DNA of 63,834 bases, filler included, from Collodictyon triciliatum (lineage: Eukaryota), in assembly GCA_043381765.1 (NCBI GenBank). It is 4 parts of 4 records of this genome, joined end to end, with 100 filler letters (N's around TTAATTAATTAA, not from the genome) between each part and the next. Parts side by side here need not be neighbours in the genome. Positions count along the whole stretch, not along the records: positions 1 to 31,582 come from JBHJMP010000378.1; positions 31,683 to 44,783 come from JBHJMP010000382.1; 2 more parts are not named here. The stretch is one strand, 5' to 3'. The translations under genes and the position numbers were made by a program. The notes beneath the pieces were generated by a model. That model ran no database searches. It saw only the letters and a program-made list of their open reading frames with translations, and was not told the origin of the DNA. Positions 20,049 through 31,867 of this stretch are shown one piece after another. How positions within the stretch are numbered: the first letter of the stretch is position 1; each line of letters starts with the position of its first letter.

Positions 20049-23000
20049 TCAAGTGCGAGTGGCATTTAGTATCTTGAACAGTTGTGGGTGATTCTTATTG
20101 AGGGAGTGGGGGTCCTATGAGAAAATAATAATAATAATAATAAAATTACCAGCTGTGCAATGTGGGTGCTATTTGGATGAGTTATATGATATATTTCAAA
20201 ACAGAATCAAAAGCCTTCATTTGTCGGGGATAAAGAGGGATAAGAGGCTCCCACAAATGAGCATCTACCTCTGCATAGCACACGAATATGGTATTCACTC
20301 CACTGTCTGCAACACTCATCACAAGGGTAAGAATCTATTATGAAATTAATGATAAAATATATCAAACCAAAATAAAAATATGGAAGATGAACAAAGTTAA
20401 ATATGTCCTAGTATATGAAAGTCAAAGGAACGACATCTTGTGCGAGATCTAATCAATGCAAATTCGTACCACAAATCCAATAACAAAGCCGACGATGGAT
20501 ATAGGAACCCTGTCACCGTATGATTATTCGGAAGAAAAGGATGAGCAGGAATCATAAAGACTAAACTCAAATGCACGATATATATTATTATTTATGTGCT
20601 TAGTACACCTTAGCATACTACTAAATACATGAGGAAATTATGATAGCGAACCATTCTTCTCCGTTCTCTATTACGCTGTACCAAATCCCAATCGCAAGGG
20701 CGTTTATCAGCCCAGAAATTATGGACACCATCACCAATACCCCATCAACAAGCGAATCATTTACCAAGATATCTAGGTATTTGTGAAAATAATAATAATC
20801 AACAACCAACATTCAAACAGATACGAACTCTGATCATTATTATCACATACTCCATAGGTCAAGTATGTTAACACAAAAAATGCAGATAAAATATGACTTC
20901 GAATACCGGGTCCTAGACACAGCATATTCGAACATAAATGAAAAATAGTTTTTTTTTGGAAGGCTTATTGACTTATTCCACTAGTCGTCAAGAGTCTCCA
21001 TGCGTCCTTCCCAGCTTGAACAAATGACGTGCCATATATAGCAACCTAGGATTATTGCATAAAAGGCATTTACAAACGTATTTGCGGTATTAAGGGATGC
21101 AGATGATTAGTCGATTATTATTTTTTCGCCAAGAGACCAAAAGAAATATATAATATTTCCATCTATGAATGTTAAGGATAGTCTTTGTTATTCTCATATA
21201 GTACATGAATATATGCAAAGTAGTTGAATATTTCTGCAATTCGCTCCAGAAATCTCAGCATACATTCAGCCATGCAAAATATGAAGGCAGAAATCCCCCG
21301 GTCGTCAGAGGTAGCTTGATTTCTTTGATGAATGAAATAGTAAGCTTACGAAACAAAAACCTCATGGGTAGAATAGAAGAAAAAAATAAAGAAATATAAT
21401 ATGTGATTAAACACGAGAGTGTATGTTTAGAAAAGCAATAATAGACTAACTTGGCAGATTCTGCCAAGAAACGCATCAAACGAATTATGGAGACGATCAG
21501 GGAGCCCAAACAAATAGAACCGAAAGATGAGGTAAGAGCGCTGATAAGTTCAAAGTTAATAAATGCTTCTTTTTTTTTTTGCAGCAAACTTTCTAGCTGT
21601 CAAATATTGGCAATAAAAAATACATAAAAAAAATACATCATTTCTGATTACCGTTGCATGGCTCCGAGAGTCGGATTTCGGCGCTCCGTAGCATGGAAGT
21701 ACCAAGTTGCGGTAGTACCAGCCACAGTTACGTGAATAACATTTTTGAGGACTATTCAAACATGCAAACACATGCGAATCATAAGTAAATTATTTCAAAA
21801 GAAAATTGTGGCGATGATGCTTTACTTCCTGGGAAATGAGTGCATCACTATTTTATTTTTAAATAATATACGGCAAACCTTCACTTGTCCACAGGTAGCT
21901 TAAGACAAGGTAAAGATAAAGAGCAGAGTCCCCTATGTACATGAAAAGAAAAGTTCAGTGAAGCAATTTTTGTCTGCAAAATCCCTGATCAAAATAAATA
22001 AATAAATAAATAACTTTGAGCATAAAATGCATCGCGTCTATCGATAGGTTGCTTACCGCGGTCTGTCTCTCCTTCTTCGTTATTGTCGCCCACTAATTTA
22101 TGAATGATATAAACACAATAAACTTAATAATGGTAAAGGAGGCAAAAAATGAACAAAAAGAAAAATTGAAATGGAAGCCAAATAATGTCAAACCTATCGT
22201 AATGGAAACAGTAAAGAACCACACCCCAAACCATATAATCTATTGGAAAGACGTGAAAAAAGATAAACAAATAAATAACATAATCAACATAATTGAAATA
22301 AATTAAACGATGATATGCCCCGATTTTAGGGTATAAAGAAAGTATAAAAGATAATGCCTGTGCCATCAAAACAGCAAAAGTTGCCCATATCATAGCTGGG
22401 TACATGTTGATGCAGTCAACGACAGACTGTGATAAATTCAAGTTAATATCATTTGTAAAATACGAGAAGATGCATGATTTATAGCGGAAATAAGGGGGAA
22501 AATACTTTTAGGATTGCAGCAGAAAATTTAACTCTATTTTTGACAGCAAAAACCCAAAAGAGATGAAAGACAAAAAATACAGCCAGAATGATTCCAAGAC
22601 CAATAGAACCTAAATTCATTTTAAAAAGATGTCTAGCTGAGCTATTATTTAAACGATGTGTGTGCGTGAGGGGTTACAAGCTAGGTAAGATTATTCACTA
22701 CACTTCAGGTTTTCTAGATACATATGTAAATTAAAGATCAACATATTTATACCAAACATGAATGCAAGGACCACAATGGCAATGTTGAGTATAAGGGAGA
22801 ATATCATTCCAGCCCAAATGAGTTCATATGGATAGCGTTTGAGAGATTCCAATGATATGAAGGACATTACAGTGGATATCACCACCGTAATAACAAAAAA
22901 TTTGACTACACATTCGATTGTATTCATTAATTATATTATATAATGTTATATGTACCTCTCAAAACTGATGAAAAACATGCACTTAAATGTAAACGGGATT

Positions 23001-24048
23001 CTAACTTATTTTGAGGATATCATCGTTGCTGATGCGGACGTCATCAGATGTTTCGTCGACATAATCATCCATTTTGTTGATGTTAAAGGCAAGAATGGCT
23101 AAAACGGAAATCAAATGAAGGCAGAATAGAAATGTCCTAGATTGTTAATTGTTTTCAGTTCTAGCCTCCCAAAAAATATATAAAATCTACAAGTGTAATA
23201 ATACCAGAAGACATCATGATACTCTCTTGAGTCACTAATCTTAACTTGACGGGGAATTATGACTAATTTTATTAGTTCATTAAAATTCTTTAGCAAATTA
23301 CAATGAGATGAAATATAGTAATGTAATATATCAACTAATTTCACTAAAGTACATACTTTGGTCATCTTGTATGTTATGCTAGAAGTGTGATGTGCGAGGA
23401 GTATTCGATCAAGTCACATATAATAGTTTTTTTTTTAAATAATAAAATATTATTATGGAATAGATATGATCGGCTGTTAAAAATGAAAGAGAATAGCGGC
23501 TATAAAATAATTAATTAATTAATTAATTAATAAATAAATAAATAAATGATGGCGATGGTGAAGACAGTGACAATAAATATTTTAAGCCCTTGGTTTCCAA
23601 GGATCACCTGGTCCCAGTCGATTTGCAAATCAGTCATCTGAACATCTTGCCCCTCTGTCTGCAGAGGATGTTGCGGTTGAGGCTTTCCTTTTGGAGACTC
23701 ATGCATCGAAGACGAGCGCTGATCGGTCCGAGCAAACTGATCGTGGCCCACATAAGGCGGATATTGGTTGGGCGGAGGGTACTGGTTCATAGGCTGGACA
23801 TAAGCAGCTTGCGGCGCATAATGGCTTCCAAGCGGATGCTGAGTGGGGAGCGAGTATTGATTCACAGGCGGGACGTAAGCAGCTTGCGGCGCATAATGGC
23901 TTCCAAGCGGATGCTGAGTGGGGAGCGAGTATTGATTCACAGGCGGGACATAATTGCCTTGGGTTGCGTAGTCATCGGCCAGCGGGTGGTGATAGGCAGG
24001 CTGCCCATAAGCGCCTTGAGGTGGAGAATGCGGAGGATACTGGCTCAT
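20049..24048 (-). CDS. Choline transporter-like (CTL/SLC44/PNS1) protein, paralog B
   Basis: ATG at 24048 (MSQYPPHSPPQGAYGQP..., P/Y/Q-rich). Motifs EYHDVFW, HVTVAGTTATWYF, ALTSSFGSICLGSLIV, FNYFAYIH|VAIYGTSFVQAGKDAW, VMSVADSGVNTIFVCYAE|DPHSLNKNHPQLF; stop at 20049-20051. Confidence 0.92.
23801..23950. repeat. Two tandem 75-nt coding repeats (25 aa: YVPPVNQYSLPTQHPLGSHYAPQAA)
   Basis: Units 23801-23875 and 23876-23950 are identical except at the last base; they lie in exon 1 of CTL paralog B. Confidence 0.95.
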
Positions 24049-24198
24049 CTGCACAGGGGGGGTTAAACAAAGGCCCTGGGTGTTCTTACTAGACGGCTCT
24101 GTCTTTACCAGCGAGTTGTGTTTTGTGTTTTTTGTTTGTTTTGTTTTTTGTTTTTGCTTTGCTTCTGTCCTTGTTTTCGAGGACACTGAGAACAGACA

Positions 24199-24245
24199 GC
24201 ACAGAGAAGCACAGAGAAGCACAGAGAAGCACAGAGAAGCACAGG
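24199..24245. repeat. (GCACAGAGAA)x4 minisatellite upstream of CTL paralog B
   Basis: Directly visible 10-nt tandem repeat. Confidence 0.9.
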
Positions 24246-24383
24246 AAGGGCGAATCGCTGGTGTTGCGCCTTCCTTGCCAGAGATACTCCAAGCAGACCG
24301 GATTCTTTTCAGGCAACAAAGCCCATCCGGAGAAAGCAAGAGACAAGTTCATTGCTGCAAGTCTAAAGCAGGTGCAAGAATGT

Positions 24384-24398
24384 TGACGTGGCACGTCA
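24384..24398. promoter_or_regulatory. Palindromic double bZIP (CRE/UPRE-like) site TGACGTG-G-CACGTCA
   Basis: Perfect 7-bp inverted repeat with a 1-nt spacer, ~340 nt upstream of the CTL-B ATG. The function is inferred only. Confidence 0.35.
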
Positions 24399-24893
24399 GG
24401 TTGTGTGACATGGCGGTTCAGTCAAGCAAATACGTATATATACACAAATCTATATACCTAAATCTGGAAATTAAATAATATTGTGGGTGAGGGATGCTGG
24501 TCGGATTCCCTGCTGAGCAGCGCGCCAAGGAAAGATGGATTCCCCACGCCCGGCATCATCGGCTCGAAACTGCGTGAAGTGCAGAGGGCGAGAATGAATG
24601 GCCAACAATTTGCGAAATCATACGGGTAACTGGGAGAAACCCCCGTAATACTGGGGAGTGTTTTGATGTTCATCAATATCCGCACTGCTTCGTGAAGGGC
24701 GTGGGTGGGGTTTAATTAAATATATTGTATAAGATACGCAATAATATCCCCCAACACGGTGGCTGTGCCTAGATAAATTTGAAAGATATTCTGGTGCTCT
24801 GGAAAGTTATATATCCTGGAGACTATCAATTTTTTTTATTTTTATTTTTAAGAAAAGAGAAAGTATATTCTTCACTTCTTGGTGACTTGAAGT

Positions 24894-27193
24894 TTATTTT
24901 CTCGCACAACACCCGTTGAAAGCGACATCCTTTCCAAGAGAAACTAGCAAGGCCTGAAGTTGTTCTAGTCCAACTTTTGAGCTAGAAGTAAATTTTGAAG
25001 TTTAGTAAGTGAATTTATTCGTAATTGTGAAGATGATCATTCGTAAGCTCATCAATTAGATTGTGATGATAAGTCCTCGTCCTCGTCCCAACAATTAGAG
25101 GGGGGTCTTTAGAAGGAAAATAAGATAAAAAAGCAGGTAAAGAATCCCTACGAAGGCCTCTGTAAATTTTACCTGTCTTTCGTGATTCTTGCGATAGGCC
25201 CTTCGCTTTTCTTCTCAGGGAGAGAATAACCAGAAATTCGCATCGTCTGCGCAAACTGACGATTCAATTATAGCTTCAGAAGATATGAAAAAGCATAGGA
25301 TAATGTGTGATACACATAAAAGAAAAAACGGATGATAGGTTATACAGATTTTTGCGCAGATGCAATCAATGGATTTTATTTTAATGAAAGACTACCTGCG
25401 CCTCTGCTTGCTCTACTTTCAAGGCTAAATCTGCCAGTTGACCTGCGAAGTGGTCACGATTCTTGAAATAAAAAAAATTTTAATTTTTTTTTAAAAAAAG
25501 TATTTTATCGGAAGATACATGATTATTATTGTTTTTTTTTCTCCTGGGGCTGAGGTTGGTAAAGATGTTTTTTTTTTTAAGTTAGAGGGTCTATATTTCT
25601 GTACATGTTTATCGAGAAGGAAAATATTGTCTCGAGTGCATATTACAAATAAAATTAAATTAAATTAATTACAGTGAGAAGTGGAGACGAGGCCAGAGTA
25701 TTAACCCAATATTTGTTCCATAGAATGTCAAGAAGATGTGTGTCCAAGGAGGATTTGTAGTACTTGATGTCCAAACTGTAATACTTTTTCGAGTGAACTC
25801 CAAAATCCTCAATCTTATTGCTAGGGATTGTTTGGTATTCAGAAGGACCAGCTTCTGGAGGAATGTAGCCTTCAGGATAGGTTCGGAATGCACCTATTTC
25901 GACTTTCCCAGCGCTAATTGTTCGTGTTGGGTCAACCTGGAAATGAAGTTGAATAGTTAGCAAGGCGGAAGGGGAAGAGCTACTGCAAATAGGTACATTA
26001 TGTTAAGGTGGAGGTAAGAATGCTTCATTAACAAATTGAGAATGAAATATTATGCATTTTTTTGTTCCATTTCATTTTCTTCTAGTAAATTCAGCTTTTT
26101 ATAATTTCTCATAGATGTTGGAGTATGGTGTGGGTATGACATGAAACTCTTTTTTTTTTAAAAAAAAGAAAAATAATCCAAGTGGCCAATTTTGTTACAG
26201 CTATTGCATCTAATTACCACAACAGCGAGCCATGGTTCTTGGTGCTGTTGATTGAGTTTTTGAGTTTCCACATCAATTCCTGAAAGCCAGCAGCCAAATC
26301 CAGGATGGCTGTGATACCACCCAACAGCATGTTCAACGCGACCAACCTTATAATTTTATTCATTACATAAATCTTATTTTAGTCCTCGTCAATATTTTCT
26401 TTCTTGAAAATAATAAAGGGTGAAGTTTGGTATCTTGACAAATACATGTGATGAATTAATCCAACCATTTTGATGAGTTCCAGGTACCCAATCATATATT
26501 CATAACCATCCACAGCGGCATTGACACGGGTCTCAGTTCCTTCCACAGGCAATGCAAATGCGTCAGTTACAATCATGGTATTCTCTTGAATTCTCCCCTG
26601 CATTATGCCCATAATCTCTATGTTTCCTCCAGAGCGTGCGTGCATGACCTTATATACATTTAAAAGAAAAAAAAGATAAAAGTGAGAAAAGTGTGATGAA
26701 CGATGAAAATCGATGTAATTTTTTCTTTTGTATTTAAACAAAGCCTATCATTTCATTATCTTTGAGTAAAATTTGCCAATAAGTGAATTTATCACCATCC
26801 ATGAAAAAAAAAAACAACTGATACCATCTTCAATAGAGCCAATGCAGATATATGGACGGTTTTGAAGTAGTGCGGACTAGATGAATTAAACACATAAAAA
26901 CCAGTAGCAAATGGCACGTAGAAAAGTGTTAAGATCAACGCAACAGCGACTCATATAATGTTGTCGAATTAAATAGAAAAGACGAAAAGAAAACGTTAAA
27001 GTCAAAAGAAAAAAGAAGAAGAAAAAATTGCATTCAAAGAGCACAAATAACAAAAGATTCACTCTCTCAGCCACGGGCGAGCGCTGACCAAGGAAGCGTG
27101 GACTTGGGCATTTCCTCCGTACAGCGCGTCTGCGTCCACAGTCTCCACTTGGTTTGCGGCTTCCCAATTCCTTTGTGCGATCGTTGCCTCCAT
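24894..27193 (-). CDS. COPS5: COP9 signalosome subunit 5 (JAMM metalloprotease)
   Basis: ATG at 27193. [51 protein letters not shown] motif [57 protein letters not shown]; stop at 24894-24896. Confidence 0.97.
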
Positions 27194-27621
27194 TCGTAGT
27201 ATCTATATCTTATTTATTGACTAATTCACCCTTGTCATTGTATTGTTGTTTATTACTGTTTGTTTTGGTTACGTGACGAAAAGGCTGCTGCGAACTGAAG
27301 AGGAAGAAAAAAATAAGGAGGAAAAGGGAAGAAAGAAAAATAATTGAAAAACATAAAATACAAGGGCAAAAGAGAAAAGGCAGGAAAAAAAAAAAAAAAA
27401 GGAAAAAGGAACCAGACATCATGAGAGAAAAATAAGGCCTTCGTCCTTTACTCTGGCTACAGTTATCGATCAGCTTAGCGGGATTTCACTGGCCTCAGTA
27501 CGGGCCGTGAGTCCAAAACATTTTTGATTTATGAGCCGAGACAGTATTTTTATTTTGATCGGATTATATTCACCAAAAAAAAAAAAAAAAAGCTGGCGAT
27601 TCCAATGTTTTCCATATCGAT

Positions 27622-27737
27622 GTTTGTTTGTTTGTTTGTTTGTTTGTTTGTTTGTTTGTTTGTTTGTTTGTTTGTTTGTTTGTTTGTTTGTTTGTTTGTT
27701 TGTTTGTTTGTTTGTTTGTTTGTGTGTTTGTTTGTTT
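27622..27737. repeat. (GTTT)n in the CSN5-PDRG1 intergenic region
   Basis: Directly visible. Confidence 0.95.
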
Positions 27738-27916
27738 CTTACTTCCCGTTTCTTATTCCTTTCGATTCCATAATTGTGTGTGGGAGGACTTTACTTAGTT
27801 TTGATTCTTTCCAAAGGATAATTTAGTGTCTGTGGAGGTGTTTTTTATTTACCCATTTTATTCTACTGGAGCAGCTGCAAGTCGAGACAAAACCACTCTG
27901 AAGGATTCGGGAGAAG

Positions 27917-29012
27917 ATGGACAGAATTGCTGGTATTCTACTTGAAGAAAATAGAAAGAAAAAAGCAATGCTTACTGTTCTTCTGGCCAATAAACTAAAG
28001 AAAGAAAGAAATCACAAGAATAGCCCACAAGTATATATATCCTTTGACACAATATGTTCAATTCTTTTTTCTTATGTTTTTAAAAATAATATGAATTTTC
28101 AGAGGACATATCCATGCAAGTGGAAGAGCTTGCTGAGACCGTGCTTATTGGCCAACAACAAGTAAGCAAGCTCATCATCATCACATTGAATAAATCTTAA
28201 TGCCAATACATCGTCGAATTTATTCCAATTGCTTACCGTGGTCGAAACATCAACCTCGCCTTTTTATAAAGTCGCTATAAATCCACCATTTCCTCGGTCC
28301 ACACAGAAAGATAAATAAAAATGTCAATTTAATTGCATTCTATGAGCAAGAGAATTAAATGCTAACATTTATTTTCATAGTTGGTGGATTATGATCGCAG
28401 AAAGAACATGAACCGTGAGGCACTTTCGGCTCTGAAGAAATTTTCACCCGAGCGTAGGATTATTATGATTACTCATCTCAACAAGATAAAACAAAATATT
28501 CTTTTTTTTCCCCATCAGATTACGTTTCCAGAACCCCAGCTCAATTATTCTGCAGATTCTCATTGACACAAAACTATGTCTCAGAAAAAGTATGGATGAG
28601 CTTCGGTGATATATTTATCAAGCTTCCTCAACCCGCCACTAAGAAGCTTCTTGAAGAAAGTTTGAAAAATTCATGCTGTTATACAGATGACGTGCTCATA
28701 CTCACATAGCCTATGTTGAAAGTATGAAAAAATAAAGAGATTTACTTTAAAATTAGATCAACAAAGAATTCAAACAGAGTCTGATAAGCTTCGACAAGAA
28801 ATAAAGGAAAAGGCGAGGCTACTTAATGACATGGAGGGGAGAGACGAAGTTAGTTCTCATCTCAAACAATATACATCATATGGACGCATGACTATGATAT
28901 CTTTATGTAATCGAATGATTGTGGTATCGTCTAGGAAAAGGAAGAGTGGGAAGCACTCAGCCGACTCAAACCGCTTAGCCGAGGTGACATGAATGTACTC
29001 AGAGAGAAATAA
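27917..29012 (+). CDS. PDRG1: p53 and DNA damage-regulated protein 1 (prefoldin-like, PAQosome/R2TP subunit)
   Basis: Spliced: MDRIAEDISMQVEELAETVLIGQQQLVDYDRRKNMNREALSALKK..KVWMSFGDIFIKLP...LRQEIKEKARLLNDMEG...LKPLSRGDM; GT-AG junctions in frame; TAA at 29010-29012. Confidence 0.88.
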
Positions 29013-29901
29013 AGCAAAAAAAAAAAAAAAGTGACACACACATACAGCTGGATATCAGATTAATAAAAGTATTACTTTTTTTTTTTAAAAAAAAAATTAC
29101 AAAAAAAAGAGTCCAATTTTGAAATTGTCTATTGTTAAAATTAGTCTTGAGTACATTATTTTTTCTCGAATGAATTATTGTATATAACAACGAGGTCCTC
29201 TGTAAACACGGGAAAGTAAAGTATTATTCGATTGACTGACTTTTTTTTTGTTCAATAACTTTTGCCATCTCCCATTTGCCCGCACTATGAAAAAAGGAAG
29301 TATCTATGGAATTATTCTTTTTTTTTTTTGTATTCAAACAAACCTCTAAATGCCATAAATATGCCATTTAACCAACATAAGACAATCATCTGGAATAGAT
29401 GTGTGATTATCACCAGCACACGTATGTTTTCCTCTTGCCTTACTGGATTTGTTCCATTTTGTTTTTGAACGGAAACAATAAATTCGCTCTAGGAAAAACT
29501 TGACACCATTAGACATTTTACCAAATCTTCAGCAAAATTTATGGTAGTCAGCAAATAGTAATGATTTCTTCATAGTTTTTTTTTTTTTTTAAAAAAAAAA
29601 AGGACTCATTTGCTCGATATAAGGGCATTTATACCGCCTGCTATAGTTACATTTCATGTATATACTCAAAAAAGTGTCGGTGTAAGTCTTCGATTTTTAT
29701 GATAATTTTAACCGTGATTCTACGTATGCTAACGAACTAGAATACCTTTTTCAGCCCTTTTAAGTATTCTATTTTTAAATGTATATATCTCTTTGAAGAA
29801 TAGCGGGAAAAGATGATTTCAAACGTATGAAAGATAGATTGTACAAAAGGAATCAGCATGTTTTATCTATATCCGATGAAAATAAAAGGGAAAACCAAGG
29901 G

Positions 29902-31437
29902 TCAAGATGGAGGGGTTGGTGGCAACGAAGAGGTAGAAACAGAAATAGGCGATAGAGGTTGGATAGGAGAAAGGGGTATTTCAATATTCCTCTGTTTGCA
30001 TTCGCTTTGAAAACATATCGAATAGATTTGAAGAGAGAACGGATTTGCCTTCATCGTTCGAATGGCTTCGAATTTGTATGGACCCTCCAGAGTTGTTGGG
30101 GTAGATGACCCTGGATTGTCCCTCATTGTAAAACAATTGTATTTTTTAAAAGAAAATATTTAGAAGAAAAGGAATAGATAGACAGTGAAGAAGTCAAATT
30201 ACAAGGGTGGTGCAGATGAGATTTAGAAATACTCTTAAATTCTCACCGTCCTCTTTTTCAACAGAAATCCAGTCTTGGGAATGCTCAATACTCACGCTCG
30301 TTTTCGTTCTTATTTCCACATCAAATGTGCTTTCTTATGTAAATCAATAAAAAGTTAGCCAAGATTTTAAAAAAACTCCCCCCCCCCCTGTTTTTTTTTT
30401 TGAAAAAAAGACACAAAAATTATAAATCAAACACATAAAACTAAAAATACCTTTTGGTAGAGGAGTTCTAGATTGCGCATAAAGTTTGATTTTTATCAAA
30501 GAACTCCTAAAATCTGCTTAGTATGTTTGAAAAGTAAGATGGTAGGGAACTGCTTTTTTTTTTTTTATTGTAGAACATGTGAATGATCAAATAAAATATT
30601 GCTTTTTTTTTTTTACCTTCATGTAGCTCGGCCATTGTTTTGGAAGATACTTTGCTTGTAGCTGCCTGCATAGAGACAACAAAAAGTCACATTATGCAAT
30701 ACATATTGAGTTTCTTTTAGAATTATTATGTTATTGTCTCACTGTAGGAAATGTATAATGTTATGTAATCTTGGTATCTACATACATTTTTTTCATAGGG
30801 TATTCAGTCAATCGTATGAATATGCCATCAAACCTGAAACCCGACTACAAATTTCTCAATGGTATTCTTCTCTGAATCTTTTATTGAGAGACAAATATTA
30901 TCTAAGCCCATCTGATAAAGTATTCATTTAATTACATTTTGCCTCATTTGAGAGCTATTAAATTTATAATTCCCCTGCAATTCCACATAGTTTTTATGTT
31001 TCGCGAGATTTATTATTGAGAGGCTCACAAAAGAAAGGATAATATGATAGGGATACTCGAAATTTATGATTTTTACGTTTTCAATCCATGGGATTAAAGA
31101 TCTCACTAGCTTTTGATTTTAAGATTATTTTTATTAGAAAAACTATATTGATTTATTGCATCACAAAGGAGATTAAGTCAAGATGATTATTCATATAAAC
31201 TTTTCTGACTGAACGATACAAGTGAAAAAAAAAGTATAAATAATGAATAAGCGGATGACGCTTAAACGAAATTGAGGTTATGTATAGTAAGTGTAAAAAT
31301 TAATAATTAAATTAATAATTAAATAAATGCTAGTGTACATAAACCAAAATGCTTTACTTCTGTGATATATGACGTCAGAAGATCCATCCGCGACCTCCAC
31401 ACTGGAACTTTATACTTTTCTCTCTCTTCAAACACCT
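29902..31437 (-). CDS. MAD2L2: REV7/MAD2L2 HORMA-domain protein, 5'-truncated at the assembly spacer
   Basis: Spliced small exons give EVFEEREKYKVPVWRSRMDLLTSYITE, LIPWIE, ICLSIKDSEKNTIEKFVVGF, ELHEDFRSSLIKI, PKESTFDVEIRT, DWISVE, AIRTMKANPFSLQIY, which match REV7 segment by segment. The N-terminal ILYxRxxYP exon is missing. The ORF track shows only fragments. Confidence 0.8.
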
Positions 31438-31479
31438 CTAATTACATTAGAAAAATTACTAAAACAATAGAATCGTTCA

Positions 31480-31504
31480 CAACAACAACAACAACAACAA
31501 CAAC

Positions 31505-31582
<78 letters not shown>
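31480..31582. repeat. Compound (CAA)n-(TAA)n at contig end (REV7 intron)
   Basis: Directly visible. Confidence 0.95.
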
Positions 31583-31682
31583 NNNNNNNNNNNNNNNNNN
31601 NNNNNNNNNNNNNNNNNNNNNNNNNNTTAATTAATTAANNNNNNNNNNNNNNNNNNNNNNNNNNNNNNNNNNNNNNNNNNNN
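31583..31682. other. Artificial contig spacer N44-TTAATTAATTAA-N44
   Basis: Exactly 100 nt with a six-frame stop core; the same spacer recurs at 44784 and 59619. Confidence 0.97.
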
Positions 31683-31867
31683 ATGATTATCTGGTAAACT
31701 GTTTAGGAATATTATACAATGAAGAATATTTTGCATTTACCGATAACGTTTTCTTCTATCAATACCTTTTGTTAAAGAAAATTGAAGCCCCTATAATTAA
31801 ATCATTAGTTGAAGCTTAATGCTGTGATTAAAATTCAATCTTGTGTAAGGATGTTTCTGTCCCGCAG

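Noticed and set aside
24199..24245. Regular repeat as a CRISPR-like array
   Set aside because: No spacers; a plain minisatellite in a eukaryote.
24894..27193. Possible stop-codon reassignment (many short ORFs)
   Set aside because: Where traced (CSN5, PDRG1, RBR, PCS, most of VPS53), canonical splicing removes the stops, and genes end in TAA, TAG and TGA.
31627..31638. Recurrent TTAATTAATTAA as a biological motif (piggyBac target or PacI site)
   Set aside because: It is centred in exactly 44+44 Ns each time, so it is an assembly spacer.
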